Assembly: GCA_004431415.1 (NCBI GenBank)
Contig: QPMI01000320.1
Location: 1 to 48,161 of the forward strand
Direction: 5' to 3'
Length of the DNA: 48,161 nucleotides
From: Cyanophora paradoxa CCMP329
Lineage: Eukaryota; Plantae; Glaucophyta
Shown here: positions 1-11,363 of the stretch, piece after piece
Numbering within the stretch: position 1 is the first letter of the stretch
How the letters are laid out: each line of letters opens with the position of its first letter
Program-made: the position numbers and the translations under genes
Notes under the pieces: generated by a model
What the model saw: the letters and a program-made list of their open reading frames with translations, nothing else
Database searches by the model: none
What the model was told of the DNA's origin: nothing

Positions 1-722
1 GCGTACGGCCCCACGCCCCCGGGCCCGCTCGCCAGCCGCCGCGGCGGCGACGTCACCGGCGTCCCGGGCCGCTGGGGGCCAGCTGGCGCCCCGAGGCGCT
101 GCGGGCGTGCCGGGGCTGTCGCCCGCCCGCGGCACGTCGATGCTGGCGACGCTCGCGAGCCGCTTGAAGGCCGACGGCGGCGCCTGCTCGGCCCGCGCCG
201 CGGCGGCGTCGCGGGCGAGCTCTCGGGCGGCGAGAGCCTCCTCGCGCGCCGCGTCGAGCGCCTCGAGCAGGGCCCGCGCCTGCCGCTCCTTCTCCAGCAG
301 CAGCTGCCCGTACTCGCTCGAGCCCGCCACGATCACCCGCACGAGCGGCGACGCCTCTGCTCGCGCCCCGTCACACGCCGCCGACGGCCGCGGCGCGGGA
401 GGCGGGCGAGCCCGTCGCACCCGGGCGGTCGGGGCGCTGGGGCCGCTGGGCGGAGGCGACCGGGACGGGCTGGGAGGTGCCCGGGAAGAAGCGGCGGAGG
501 TCGGGGACCTCGATGCCGTCCCGCGCGAACTCGATGGCGAGCTGCGCGCCTTCAGCCGCTCCGGTCGCGCGCAGGGCAGAATGAAACGCTCCGCACCTCG
601 AAGGCCGCGTTGAAGTAGGAGCGGTTCAGGAGGAACGCCGCGATGTTCGCCTCCACGCGCGCCTCCGCATCGCCCCGCGCGCCCGACTCGGCCGGCTGCG
701 GGTGCGCGCCGACCGGCCTCAT
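1..722 (-). CDS. RELCH/KIAA1468-like LisH-type protein, 5' part (runs off the window)
   Basis: ATG at 722. The spliced reading across a GT-AG intron gives ANIAAFLLNRSYFNAAFE|LAIEFARDGIEVPDLRRFF, followed by a coiled-coil (LLLEKERQARALLEALDAAREE). This resembles the N-terminal motif of RELCH-family proteins as recalled, not searched. Confidence 0.55.
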
Positions 723-871
723 CGCGCCACGAGCCCGTTCGATCCGCGGAGGGTTTTCGCGCCCCTGGCTTCGATTCGGACGAGTCTCGCGCCGAGTCGT
801 CGACTCGGGCGATTCAAAAAGTTTCCAGTTCGAACCCGGCGGCAGTTACTTTTCGGCGCTTGCCTGAAAGC

Positions 872-2124
872 ATGGCCCCGCTCTCGTTCGTCGCCTCCTG
901 TCCTCCTACGATCGGTCAGCGGCGTTCTGGCCTTCCGATTGCAGCCCGTGCGCCGCCGGAGCCCATCGCGGCCGGCGGGCGCTAACGGCGCGCAGGGCCG
1001 GCTCGCGTCTGCTTCGAGGTCAAGGCTAGCCGCGAGGATGAGAGGGAGGTGCGCCGACCCACCTCGAAGCTGGCTGCCTTACCCGCCCTCTATGGGCCCT
1101 ATCATAGCTCGACTCCGCCAGCCCGACTCCTGGGCCGGCCCAAGCAGCTCCGTTCGAGCTTCAATGTTCAGCGACACCGTTTAGTTAGGCGTCCGCCGAG
1201 CGCCGTGCTTGAACTGGGATCCCCCACGAGTTGGCTAGCGGACCCGGCGTCGACGCGCTGCGCATCCCGCCGCGGCGAAACAATTCGCGGATAAGCTCCG
1301 AACATGCATAGCTCTCCGTCGCTTTTGTGCACCGGGCCGCTCAATGCCGATGTAAAAGAGTCCGCCGAGCGCGCGTACGCCGACTGCGGGGGCGGCGCAG
1401 GAGGCGTTCCGGCTGCAGCAGGAGATCCTCGAGCGGCGGCGCAACAAGAAGGCCCAGCAGCAGTACTTCGACGGTCCGCCTGCCCCCCCGCCCCGCCCCG
1501 CCCCCGCGCCGGCGCCGGGGCCGAGCGGCGGTGGGCGGGCAGAGGTGAAGAAGAAGCGGACGGAGATCGAGCAGAACCTCAAGGCCAAGAAGCTCCAGAT
1601 CCGGCCCGTGCGCCCGCCCGTCCTCCCCGACCCACCCCGCCCTCCCCGTCAACCCGAGGGGGCTCTGCAGGGGGAGGACCCCCTGGAGGCCTGGAAGCGC
1701 CTGCAGGCGGAGGGTGTGCCGCCCGCCGGCCCCGCCGCCCGCCTTCCCGCCCCGGGCCCCGCGGCTGAGGCCGGCGCAGGGAAGATCAAGGACCTCGGGT
1801 ACGAGCCCGAGGACGAGGGCGGCATCCCGATCCCCATGGCCAGCTTCGGTGCCCTCTCCCCCCGCTCTCTCCCCTCCCGCATGCACACCGCCCTGATCGC
1901 GATCCTCCACTCTCGCCATCAACAGGCATCCCGAAGTGCGCGGGGCGGGCGGGGCGGGAGGCGGGGGCCGCGCGGGCTCTGACGCGGGGCGGGGCAGGTA
2001 CGACAACGGGGAGCGCTTCGACCTGCGCCTGCCCTACGTGGACCAGGGCTACGAGGACAAGGACGCCGACGTCATGGGCAAGATCGCCGGCCTCTTCGGC
2101 TTCGGCAAGAAGGGCAAGAAGTGA
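872..2124 (+). CDS. Putative plastid-targeted protein of unknown function, 8 exons
   Basis: Exons 872-947, 996-1048, 1401-1473, 1543-1607, 1671-1713, 1780-1848, 1926-1935, 1998-2124 are all joined by phase-compatible GT-AG introns. Product: MAPLSFVASCPPTIGQRRSGLPIAARPARVCFEVKA-SREDEREEAFRLQQEILERRR...GGIPIPMASFGIPKYDNGERFDLRLPYVDQGYEDKDAD...KK*. The N-terminus is Ser/Arg-rich with an early Phe. Confidence 0.8.
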
Positions 2125-2503
2125 GCGCCGGCAGCCGCGCCCTATGGGCAGCCGCGCGCCGGCCCGCCGGCCCCGGCACTGCGGCACGCCCTCCCATTTT
2201 GAAGGACTCGGGGCGCGCGCCCGATCCGCCGCGCCCCCGGGCCCGCACGGCCGCGACCTCGGACCTGACGCAGCGCGGCGTGTCGTGTATCTGTGTACAT
2301 GTTGGTTTTCATTGAGATCAAATCTGTGTGTGTAGATGTCGCTCGGCGCGGAGACTCGGGAATCGCCGAGCGAGACCGGCATTGGAACGAGGACTAGACT
2401 AGACTGCTCAGAAGCTTAAGCCCTCAAAAAGCTGGACCCTACTCAGGGGAGAAGGGACGTCTAGAATGGACGTAGCTTGGGGCGAGGGCCGCGGGGCTAT
2501 ATG

Positions 2504-5500
2504 TCACGGGTACGCGGATGCGAAGCGGCCGCCGCCGTACGCGCCGGGGTAGACGTTGTTGGCGGGGCCAGCGGGGCCGGAGGCGGGGCGCGGGGTGGCG
2601 GAGGCGGAGGCGGGGCCGGCGGGGGCGTGCTGGCCCGGGTAGCGCGAGGTGCTCCCCTCGCCGGGCTTCAGGGAGGAGGCCCGCCCGCGCGCCCCCGCCC
2701 CCACACTCCCCGCAGGCCCGTGCGGGGCGGGGGCGGGGCCGGCGGCGAGGAAGGCGTCGAAGGAGGAGGACTGCGAGGCGTTCGTCCCCGAGAGGGCCCC
2801 CGCCCCGTGCACCGGGCGCGCCCCCACGGGGTACCCCAGGGGCCCCACCCGCGGGCCCCCCGGCGCGTAGTTGTGCGCGCTCTGCGCGGTGCCGTGGACG
2901 CTGGAGGGGCGCGGGGCGGTGGCCCGAGGCCCTGCAGGGCGAGCGGGGCCTGCGCGGGGCGCGCCGCCCGCCCCTCCCCTCCACCACCCCCGCGCCCCAG
3001 CGAGGGGCCCGGCGGGGCGCCCGCGCCCCCGGCCGCCGCGCCGGGCGCCGTGGGGACGCCCTTGAAGGCGAGGCAGCGCATCCAGTCCGCCGCTGCGGGG
3101 CCCCCTCGGCGCCCGAGACGGGGCGGGGCGGGGCGGGGGCACCGGCGGCGGGGTCGGGGCAGCGGAAGTGGAGGGTGCGGAGGTCGCCGGCGGGGGAGGA
3201 GCGGGCGTCGTCCTCGCAGCGGGCGACGAGCGCGAAGGCCTCGGGCTCGCCCTCGGGCCCCCCCGCCCCCATCGAGATCACGTCCCGCAGGCTGTACACC
3301 TCCCCCGCCCCCACCCCCGCTTCGAACTCCTGCCACCCCCCGCCCCGCTCGCCCCGCCCCGCGCTGGGGCCCCGGGGCGGGGCGGGGGGGCGGGGCGCAC
3401 GGCGGGGCTCTCGTAGCAGGCGAGCTGGGCGTCGAGGAGGACGAGCCAGCGGCGGCGCCAGATGCTCAGCAGCCCGAACCGCGCCCGCCGCTCCACGTAG
3501 CCTGCCCCCCGCCCCTCAGCGCCGCGCCTCGCGCCGGGCGGGCCGGGGCGGGGGCGCGGGGCTCGCCCATCTTGAGGGGCCGCCCCGCGGCGGCCGCCTC
3601 GAAGCGCGGGTCGCTGTACTCCGCGGCCGCCCGGCCCAGGCCCCGGACGCCGGCGCCCCCGGCCCCTGTGCCCCACGGTCATCCCGCCGGCGCGGCGGCC
3701 TCGGCGCGGGGGCGCACCGGGCGCTCGGGTAGCTGGCTGGGGGGGCCGCGACGGGGCGTTCCGGTGCGGCGGGGCCGGCGGGGCCGGCACGGTCGGGTCG
3801 CCTCGTAACTGGCGAGGCGGGTCTGGGCGAGGGCGCGCCGCGCCCGCTCGGCCTCCTGCGCCGCCCGCGCCGCCCGCGCCGCCGCCCGCTCGGAGCTCTC
3901 GCTGCCGCTCCCGCTGTCCTCGTCCTCGTCCTCCTGCGGGGCCTCGCTTGCGGGGCGGGCGGGCCGGCGCGATGCGGGGCCGGGGGGCGCACGCGGAAGG
4001 CGGGCCCGGGGACGGGGCCGCCGGCGTGGGCGAGCTGCTGGAGCTTGGCGCCGGCGTCGTCGCGGTGGGCGTCGGTGCCCGGGGCGCCGAGGAAGGAGGC
4101 GAGGAGCGGGGTGCGGGCGATGGCGGTGGAGCGGAGGAAGCCGAACGCCGACGCGTAGTCGCGGCTCGAGTAGGTCACCTCGAGGGCGGGGAGGAAGACG
4201 GTCCCCTCGGGATGGAAGAAGAGCGCCCCCGCCGCCTGCTCCAGCATCACCTTCACCCGCGTCCCCCCCAGCACCAGCTTGATCGAGTGGTCCAGGTGCT
4301 TCGCCGGGCGCGCCGCGCGCAGCATCTTCGACTTGTGCGAGCGCGGCCACTGCTTGTACACGAACTCGGGCCACGGCCTGCGCCCCGTCGGCCTCGGCGG
4401 CGCGCAGGGGCGGGGGCGGGCGGGGGCGGGGCACCGGTGGAGAAGGCGCTTGAGCTCCTCGAGGAGAGGCCCGTAGAGGAAGAGGTCCATCGGGCCGAGC
4501 GCCACCAGCACCGCCCACTCGTCCCGCCCCGCCGCCGCCCCCGCCTCCCCCTCCGCCCCCGCCGCCCCCAGCAGCCGCTGCAGCAGCGATGGGCCCTTTT
4601 CCTTCACCGCCACGTGCTCCAGCGTCTGGCCCCGCGTCGGCCCCCGCACGAGGCGGGGGGGGGGGGGGGGGGGGGGGGGGGGAGGGGGGGGGCGCACGAG
4701 GCGGAACATGGGTGCCGTCCACGACGGGTCCTGCGCCGCCTCGGGGCCCGGCGGCGCCAGCCGCGTCAGCACCTGCCCCGCCGTTACAGGCGCCGCAGGA
4801 GAGGCGAGCGGGGCGGAACGGGGCGGTGGGGTGGGCGGGCGGGCCTGGGCGCGGGCCTCGGTGTTCTGCATGAAGGCCTCGATGTGCTCGACGGTGCAGT
4901 CGAGCTTGGTGCTGTTCACGCGGTGCGCGAGGGTCGTGCGGATGCCCCGGCTCACCCCGCTCACCACGTCCATCTGCGGCGCGTCGGCGTGGGCGGGGCG
5001 GACGGGGCGGGCTGGGGGCGGGGCGGGCCTGGCGGGAGTCGGCGAAGGCGAAGAGGACCTCCCGCACGTGCGTCTCCACCTTGATCTTCATCGGCTGCCC
5101 CCGCCCCCCTCAGCCGCGCTCCGGGGCGGGGGTAGCGGGCGGCGCGGCGCGGGGCGCGCGTTCTTGGAGCCGAGGAGGGCCTCCTTGAGGAGGAGCATCT
5201 TGCGGCGGGCGGTGGGCGGCACGGGGGGCGCCCCCTTGACCGCGTGCGCCGCCTCCTCCTCCGCCAGCTCCTGCGCCCACTCCGCCGCCGGCTCCAGCGG
5301 ACGCCGCTCCCGCCCCACCAGGAACACGCCCCCGTCCCCGTCCGCCCCGATCTGCCGGCGGGGTCTGGCGGGGCGGGGTGCTGGGCGGGGGGCGGGGGCG
5401 GGCCTGGTTGCCGGCGCGGCGGAGGCGGGCCTCGACCTGGTGGCGGTAGCGCACGATCTCCGAGGGCGCCATCGCGTCCTCCAGCCGCAGCAGCACCGCC

Positions 5501-7188
5501 GCCGCGCCCTCGCGCCCGGCGAGGTAGCAGTGGTACGCCTGGCAGTAGGCGTCCCGCCGGATGGCCTCCAGGACGACGTGCTTCCACGCGAAGCGCCGCG
5601 TGCAGTAGCGCACGTAGTGCACCGCCACCCGCCCTGCCGTCCCTCAGGCCCCGGGGGCCGGCGAGGGGGCGGCGGGGCGGACCGGCGTAGTGCCACCAGG
5701 CGCGGGGGTCGTGGCGGGGCCGGGCGCGGGGCCGGAGGCCGAGGCACTTGCGGGACTTGCCGTAGTTGCGGAGGTGCGCGGCGAGCGCGAGGGCATCGTC
5801 GTACTGCTTGCGCTGCAGCCGCAGCTCCACGCGCTCCTCCACGCGGGCCGTCAGCTCGACCGTTGGGCGCGCGTGGCTCGTCTTCCGCAGCGCCACCTCC
5901 GCCTCCACGCTCAGCGGCCGCATCACGTACGCGTGCCCCGGCGTGAAGCCCCGCCGCGGCATCTGCCCCCCCCCCCGGTCAGCGGCGCGGCTGCAGCGGC
6001 GCCCGTCCGGCCGCACCCACGCCCCGAGCATGTCCTCGAGCACGTCCGGGGCCCTGCCGCCTTGTCAGCGGGGCCGTGCTGCTGGGGGAGCGGGGCTGGG
6101 GGTGGGGGCGGGGGCGGGCCAGTTGCGGTTGGGGCTGTCGGAGTCCCAGTAGACGGAGACGGTGGAGAGGGCGAGCCGCTGCGGTGCGTCGCGCGGGGCG
6201 GGCGCACGCGCGGGGCGCGGGCGGGGCGGGCCTTGGTGACGTAGCGTTCGCGGTGGAGGAGGCTGCTCTCCTGCGGCTTCGAGCTCGTCTCCAGCGTCAG
6301 CGCCTCCACCGTCACGCCGAGCGCCCACGGGTGCTGCCCGCCGTCAGCGCGGCGCGCGGGGCGGGGCGGGGCGGCGGGCGGGGGCGGGCACCCAGGTGTT
6401 GGAGAAGTCGTCCTCGAAGCGGACGTGGACGTTTGTGACGCTGACGCGCACGTTGAAGAGGATGTCCGAGAGCACGCTCGGCTTGAACGGCTTCTCCTCC
6501 TCCGCTGCCGCCCCGCCCCGCTCGCCCTCCCCCGAGCGCCGGCGGGGCGGGCCGGGGCGGGGCGGGGCGGACGCTTCTTGGGGGCCCCGGCGTCGTCGCC
6601 GTCGTAGAGGGCCTTGACCTTGCGCGCGTGCTTGATGATCGCCCGCGCCTTCAGCGCCCGGTCCCGCTCCACGAACTGCCGCCCCCGCCTCGGGCCCCGC
6701 CCCCCCCCGCAAAGCCACGCGCCCCGCAGCGCCCAGCGCCCGCACCTTGTCCATGTTCCACTGCGTGCCGAGCACGACGCAGACGCGGTCCACGTGGACA
6801 GTCGTCGGCTTGCTCTTCAGGTTCGTCCACGGGATGTCGATGCGCACCTCCCCGATGTGCCCTGCGCACACAGAGCCGTCGCTCGGGCGACGCGAGCTCG
6901 AGCGGGCGCGCGCCGCCCAAGACCAGGCCGCACCGCCCTTGATGATGATGGGCAGGTTGTACGAGTCCAGCGCCTCGGGATTGAGCTCGACATTCGTCAA
7001 ACGTATGTCACCTGCAGCGGCGGCACGCCCTCTCAACATCGAACGCGCGACGCGGCTCCCAGGCGGCTCCGACAGGCGGCGAGCGCGCACGCACCTGAGA
7101 GCAGGCCTATGTCGACGTTGCTCGAGTCGAAGTTCTTCAGGAAGCGGGCGGCGAACTTGGAGACGAGGTCGGCTGCGAGTTTGTTCAT
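2504..7188 (-). CDS. Short VPS13-like bridge lipid-transfer protein (chorein-N at N-terminus, PH domain near C-terminus), multi-exon
   Basis: MNKLAADLVSKFAARFLKNFDSSNVDIGLLS|GDIRLTNVELNPEALDSYNLPIIIKG|GHIGEVRIDIPWTNLKSKPTTVHVDRV, then NVRVSVTNVHVRFED, GVTVEALTL and RPRARPRHDPRAWWHYA, all VPS13 N-terminal motifs. A downstream PH start reads PLKMGYVERRARFGLLSIWRRRWLVL. The internal exon chain is only partly verified. Confidence 0.8.
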
Positions 7189-7651
7189 TGCGCTTCGCGG
7201 GTCCGGCCCTGGGTTCGGTGCACGCGGCGGCCGTCGAGTGCTCTACGACTGCGCTCAGCAGCTGCGGCGTGGGCAGCGGCCTGGGTCCCGTCGGTCACGC
7301 TGCTGCTGTCACGCCACGCGAACCAGGTTCAAACCTCGCCGAGCGGCTAGCGCATGTAGCGCGATGCTCTCGGTTCTCAAGCGCGCTATGAGCGCTCTCG
7401 TCGATCTCCCCTCCGGCTGGCCTGCAGCTGCGCGCGGGCGAACTTGGCCCGCGGTTTCCAAAGGAAACCTTCCTGTCGAGGGTCGAACTTGGAACTTGGC
7501 AGCGGCAGGGCGACGCCGCGGCGAGCTGCTGGAGGACGCTGCGTCGTATCGCTCGGTAGCCTTGCACGGAATCCGCCCGGCGCGGCGGCCACCGCGGCGC
7601 TAGCCCAACTCTTCAAATTCCAACTATACCCCGCCGGAGGGGGGGGCAAGC

Positions 7652-7870
7652 CTTAACTGCCCGAATCCGGGCACTTAAGCGGAAAAAAAGGCTTAAGTGG
7701 CCGGATCCGGGCACTTAAGGCCAGAAAGCGGCCTGACGGATTCGAACCCGCGTCCTGCGAGACGGGCTTAACTGCCCGGATCCGGGCACTTAAGCGTAAA
7801 AAAAGGCTAAAGTGGCCAGATCCGGGCACTCAAGGCTGGCAACGGCCTCTTGGATTCGAACCAGCGTCCT
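7652..7870 (-). repeat. Two tandem 115-bp units, each with two 28-bp imperfect palindromes, an A7/T7 tract and a Pol III B-box
   Basis: Palindromes with consensus CTTAAGTGCCCGGATCCGGGCACTTAAG at 7652-7679, 7692-7719, 7767-7794 and 7807-7834. GGATTCGAACC (minus strand GGTTCGAATCC) at 7738-7748 and 7852-7862. Confidence 0.85.
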
Positions 7871-8278
7871 CAGCGCGCGCTAGCTATCGCGAACGCAATT
7901 GCAAGCGCCCGGCCGGCGTCGGCGTACGCGTCCGCGACGACTCCGCGTCCGCGTCTCACGTGCACAGCCTTGCAGCTTGCTATAGAGGCAGTCACTGCAG
8001 CTGGCGGCTCCACGGCGGCCGCGACCGCGGGACGGGCATGCGCGCTATCTTGGTTTGGCTCTACCGAACTTCAAAAGCTGACGAACGCGTCTGACGCGCG
8101 GCGCAGTGCGGCAGGTCGTGGGCACGTCTCTGACTCAGTGAGAGCAGGCCAGTGGGCTCTCTGCGCACTGCGGCATGCAAGCTCTCCCGGAGTCCCACTC
8201 CGTGCGCATGTAGCTCGCGGGGCTCAGCGGCTCGCTGCGGAGCGCAGATCTCACCCACGCGCGCGGACGACGGCCGCC

Positions 8279-8386
8279 CGGCCGGGTGCGAGGGGCTAGA
8301 CAGGCCGGTAATACTAGCGTTCTAATGCGCCAATCCTATGAAGTATGTATATGCCTTGTGTGTATCGAGTGCGGGGCGCAGGGGGC
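8279..8386 (+). repeat. Left inverted repeat of the element
   Basis: CGGCCGGGTGCGAGGGGCTAGACAGGCCGGTAA... matches the reverse complement of 21768-21875, with 32 of the first 33 bases identical. Confidence 0.85.
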
Positions 8387-9039
8387 GTAAATATGCAAGC
8401 AGGAGTGGTGTATGGCATGCTGTACATCTATTGCAAATGAGCGGGAGCTCGCCAGCAGTGGTCATCCCATATACGTCGCGGCGTCCGCGTGCTGCTCAGC
8501 ACTGGGGCGCTTACGGCGGGTCTAGCGAGCAAGGCGTGCATGCGCGGCGCATATGCGTTCTTTTGCAGCCACAAGCTGGGGCCCGGCGCGGTCCCCGTCA
8601 GCTGCGGGAGCTGGCGAGAACTGATACCCCCCGCCACCCCCCCCCCCTCGGCAAGCCGGCAGCATTCGTCCGGGAGCTCGGTAGGCAGAAGGTGCGCTCA
8701 TGCATCATGCATCGAAGCAGTTTCCAGCCAACCAGCCTCAGCGAGCGACACAGTTGGCTGTTGCGCCGCGAGCGCGCGAGCGCTGTGCGCGAGCGGCGAG
8801 CTCGAGCGCGCGAGCGGAGCCACGTGCTCACAGGTGGCAGTTGCGCCGGGCCACGCGGACGTCGACTGCGGGCAAGCGCGAGCTCGAGGCCCAGTGTGAG
8901 AACCCGCGCGCGACCGGCACCCGCGCAATGCTCCCGCCGATCGCGATATGGCTTCCGTTGCGCGAGCGCGCAACGCGCTTGCAATTGCGCTCCCGGGCGC
9001 CGGCCCGCGCGCTCGCGCGCTGCCCAAATCTCGCGCATC

Positions 9040-11350
9040 GAGGCCCGCCGAGGGCCCTACACGCGCGCGTCGACGGATAGAGATTCTAAATATGGCCTGG
9101 GTCTGACCGCCGCGCGCGCAGGGACCCACCCCCTGCCCCCGCCGCCCCCTGAACGCTGTACCCCTGGTGCGAGCCCCGGGCCGCGCTCCCCGCCAGCCGA
9201 TGGCCCGGCGAGGGCCCTACAAGCGGGCGTCGACGGATAGAGATTCTAAATATGGCCTGGGTCTGACCGCCGCGCGCGCAGGGAACCACCCCCCTCCCCC
9301 CGCCGCCCCCTGAACGCTGTACCCCTGGTGCGAGCCCCGGGCCGCGCTCCCCGCCAGCCGATGGCCCGGCGAGGGCCCTACAAGCGCGCGTCGACGGATA
9401 GCGATTCTAAATATGGCCTGGGTCTGACCGCTGCGCGCGCAGGGACCCCCCCCTGCCCCCGCCGCCCCCTGAACCCGGTACCCCTGGTGCGAGCCCCGGG
9501 CCGCGCTCCCCGCCAGCCGATGGCCCGGCGAGGGCCCTACACGCGCGCGTCGACGGATAGAGATTCTAAATATGGCCTGGGTCTGACCGCCGCGCGCGCA
9601 GGGACCCTCCCCCCCTCCCCCCGCCGACCCCTGAACGCTGTACCCCTGGTGCGAGCCCCGGGCCGCGCTCCCCGCCAGCCGATGGCCCGGCGAGGGCCCT
9701 ACACGCGCGCGTCGACGGATAGCGATTCTAAATATGGCCTGGGTCTGACCGCCGCGCGCGCAGGGACCCTCCCCCTGCCCCCGCCGCCCCCTGAACACTG
9801 TACCCCTGGTGCGAGCCCCGGGCCGCGCTCCCCGCCAGCCGATGGCCCGGCGAGGGCCCTACAAGCGGGCGTCGACGGATAGCGATTCTAAATATGGCCT
9901 GGGTCTGACCGCCGCGCGCGCAGGGACCCTCCCCCCCTGCCCCCGCCGCCCCCTGAACGCTGTACCCCTGGTGCGAGCCCCGGGCCGCGCTCCCCGCCAG
10001 CCGATGGCCCGGCGAGGGCCCTACACGCGGGCGTCGACGGATAAAGATTCTAAATATGGCCTGGGTCTGACCGCCGCGCGCGCAGGGACCCTCCCCCCCT
10101 GCCCCCGCCGCCCCCTGAACCCGGTACCCCTGGTGCGAGCCCCGGGCCGCGCTCCCCGCCAGCCGATGGCCCGGCGAGGGCCCTACACGCGCGCGTCGAC
10201 GGATAGAGATTCTAAATATGGCCTGGGTCTGACCGCCGCGCGCGCAGGGAACCACCCCCTGCCTTCGCCGCCCCCTGAACCCGGTACCCCTGGTGCGAGC
10301 CCCGGGCCGCGCTCCCCGCCAGCCGATGGCCCGGCGAGGGCCCTACAAGCGCGCGTCGACGGATAAAGATTCTAAATATGGCCTGGGTCTGACCGCCGCG
10401 CGCGCAGGGACCCTCCCCCCTGCCCCCGCCGCCCCCTGAACGCTGTACCCCTGGTGCGAGCCCCGGGCCGCGCTCCCCGCCAGCCGATGGCCCGGCGAGG
10501 GCCCTACACGCGCGCGTCGACGGATAGAGATTCTAAATATGGCCTGGGTCTGACCGCCGCGCGCGCAGGGAACCACCCCCTGCCTTCGCCGCCCCCTGAA
10601 CGCTGTACCCCTGGTGCGAGCCCCGGGCCGCGCTCCCCGCCAGCCGATGGCCCGGCGAGGGCCCTACACGCGCGCGTCGACGGATAAAGATTCTAAATAT
10701 GGCCTGGGTCTGACCGCCGCGCGCGCAGGGAACCACCCCCTGCCCCCGCCGCCCCCTGAACGCTGTACCCCTGGTGCGAGCCCCGGGCCGCGCTCCCCGC
10801 CAGCCGATGGCCCGGCGAGGGCCCTACAAGCGCGCGTCGACGGATAAAGATTCTAAATATGGCCTGGGTCTGACCGCCGCGCGCGCAGGGACCCTCCCCC
10901 CCGCCCCCGCCGCCCCCTGAACGCTGTACCCCTGGTGCGAGCCCCGGCCGCGCTCCCCGCCAGCCGATGGCCCGGCGAGGGCCCTACACGCGCGCGTCGA
11001 CGGATAGCGATTCTAAATATGGCCTGGGTCTGACCGCCGCGCGCGCAGGGACCCTCCCCCCTGCCCCGCCGACCCGAACGCTGTACCCCTGGTGCGAGCC
11101 CCGGGCCGCGCTCCCCGCCAGCCGATGGCCCGGCGAGGGCCCTACACGCGCGCGTCGACGGATAGCGATTCTAAATATGGCCTGGGTCTGACCGCCGCGC
11201 GCGCAGGGACCCTCCCCCCCTGCCCCCGCCGACCCCGAACGCTGTACCCCTGGTGCGAGCCCCGGGCCGCGCTCCCCGCCAGCCGATGGCCCGGCGAGGG
11301 CCCTACACGCGCGCGTCGACGGATAGAGATTCTAAATATGGCCTGGGTCT
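9040..11350 (+). repeat. Tandem array A, ~160-bp unit, ~14.5 copies
   Basis: 15 occurrences of ATTCTAAATATGG spaced ~160 bp apart. Units are near-identical apart from a few substitutions and C-tract length. Confidence 0.97.
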
Positions 11351-11363
11351 GGGGGCGCGAGAC

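Noticed and set aside
7725-7870. tRNA genes
   Set aside because: Only the T-arm/B-box part is present. No D-arm, anticodon arm or acceptor stem could be built.
8265-8278. Target-site duplication for the large element
   Set aside because: The left flank (GACGGCCGCC) and right flank (TGATGGGCGA) share no direct repeat.
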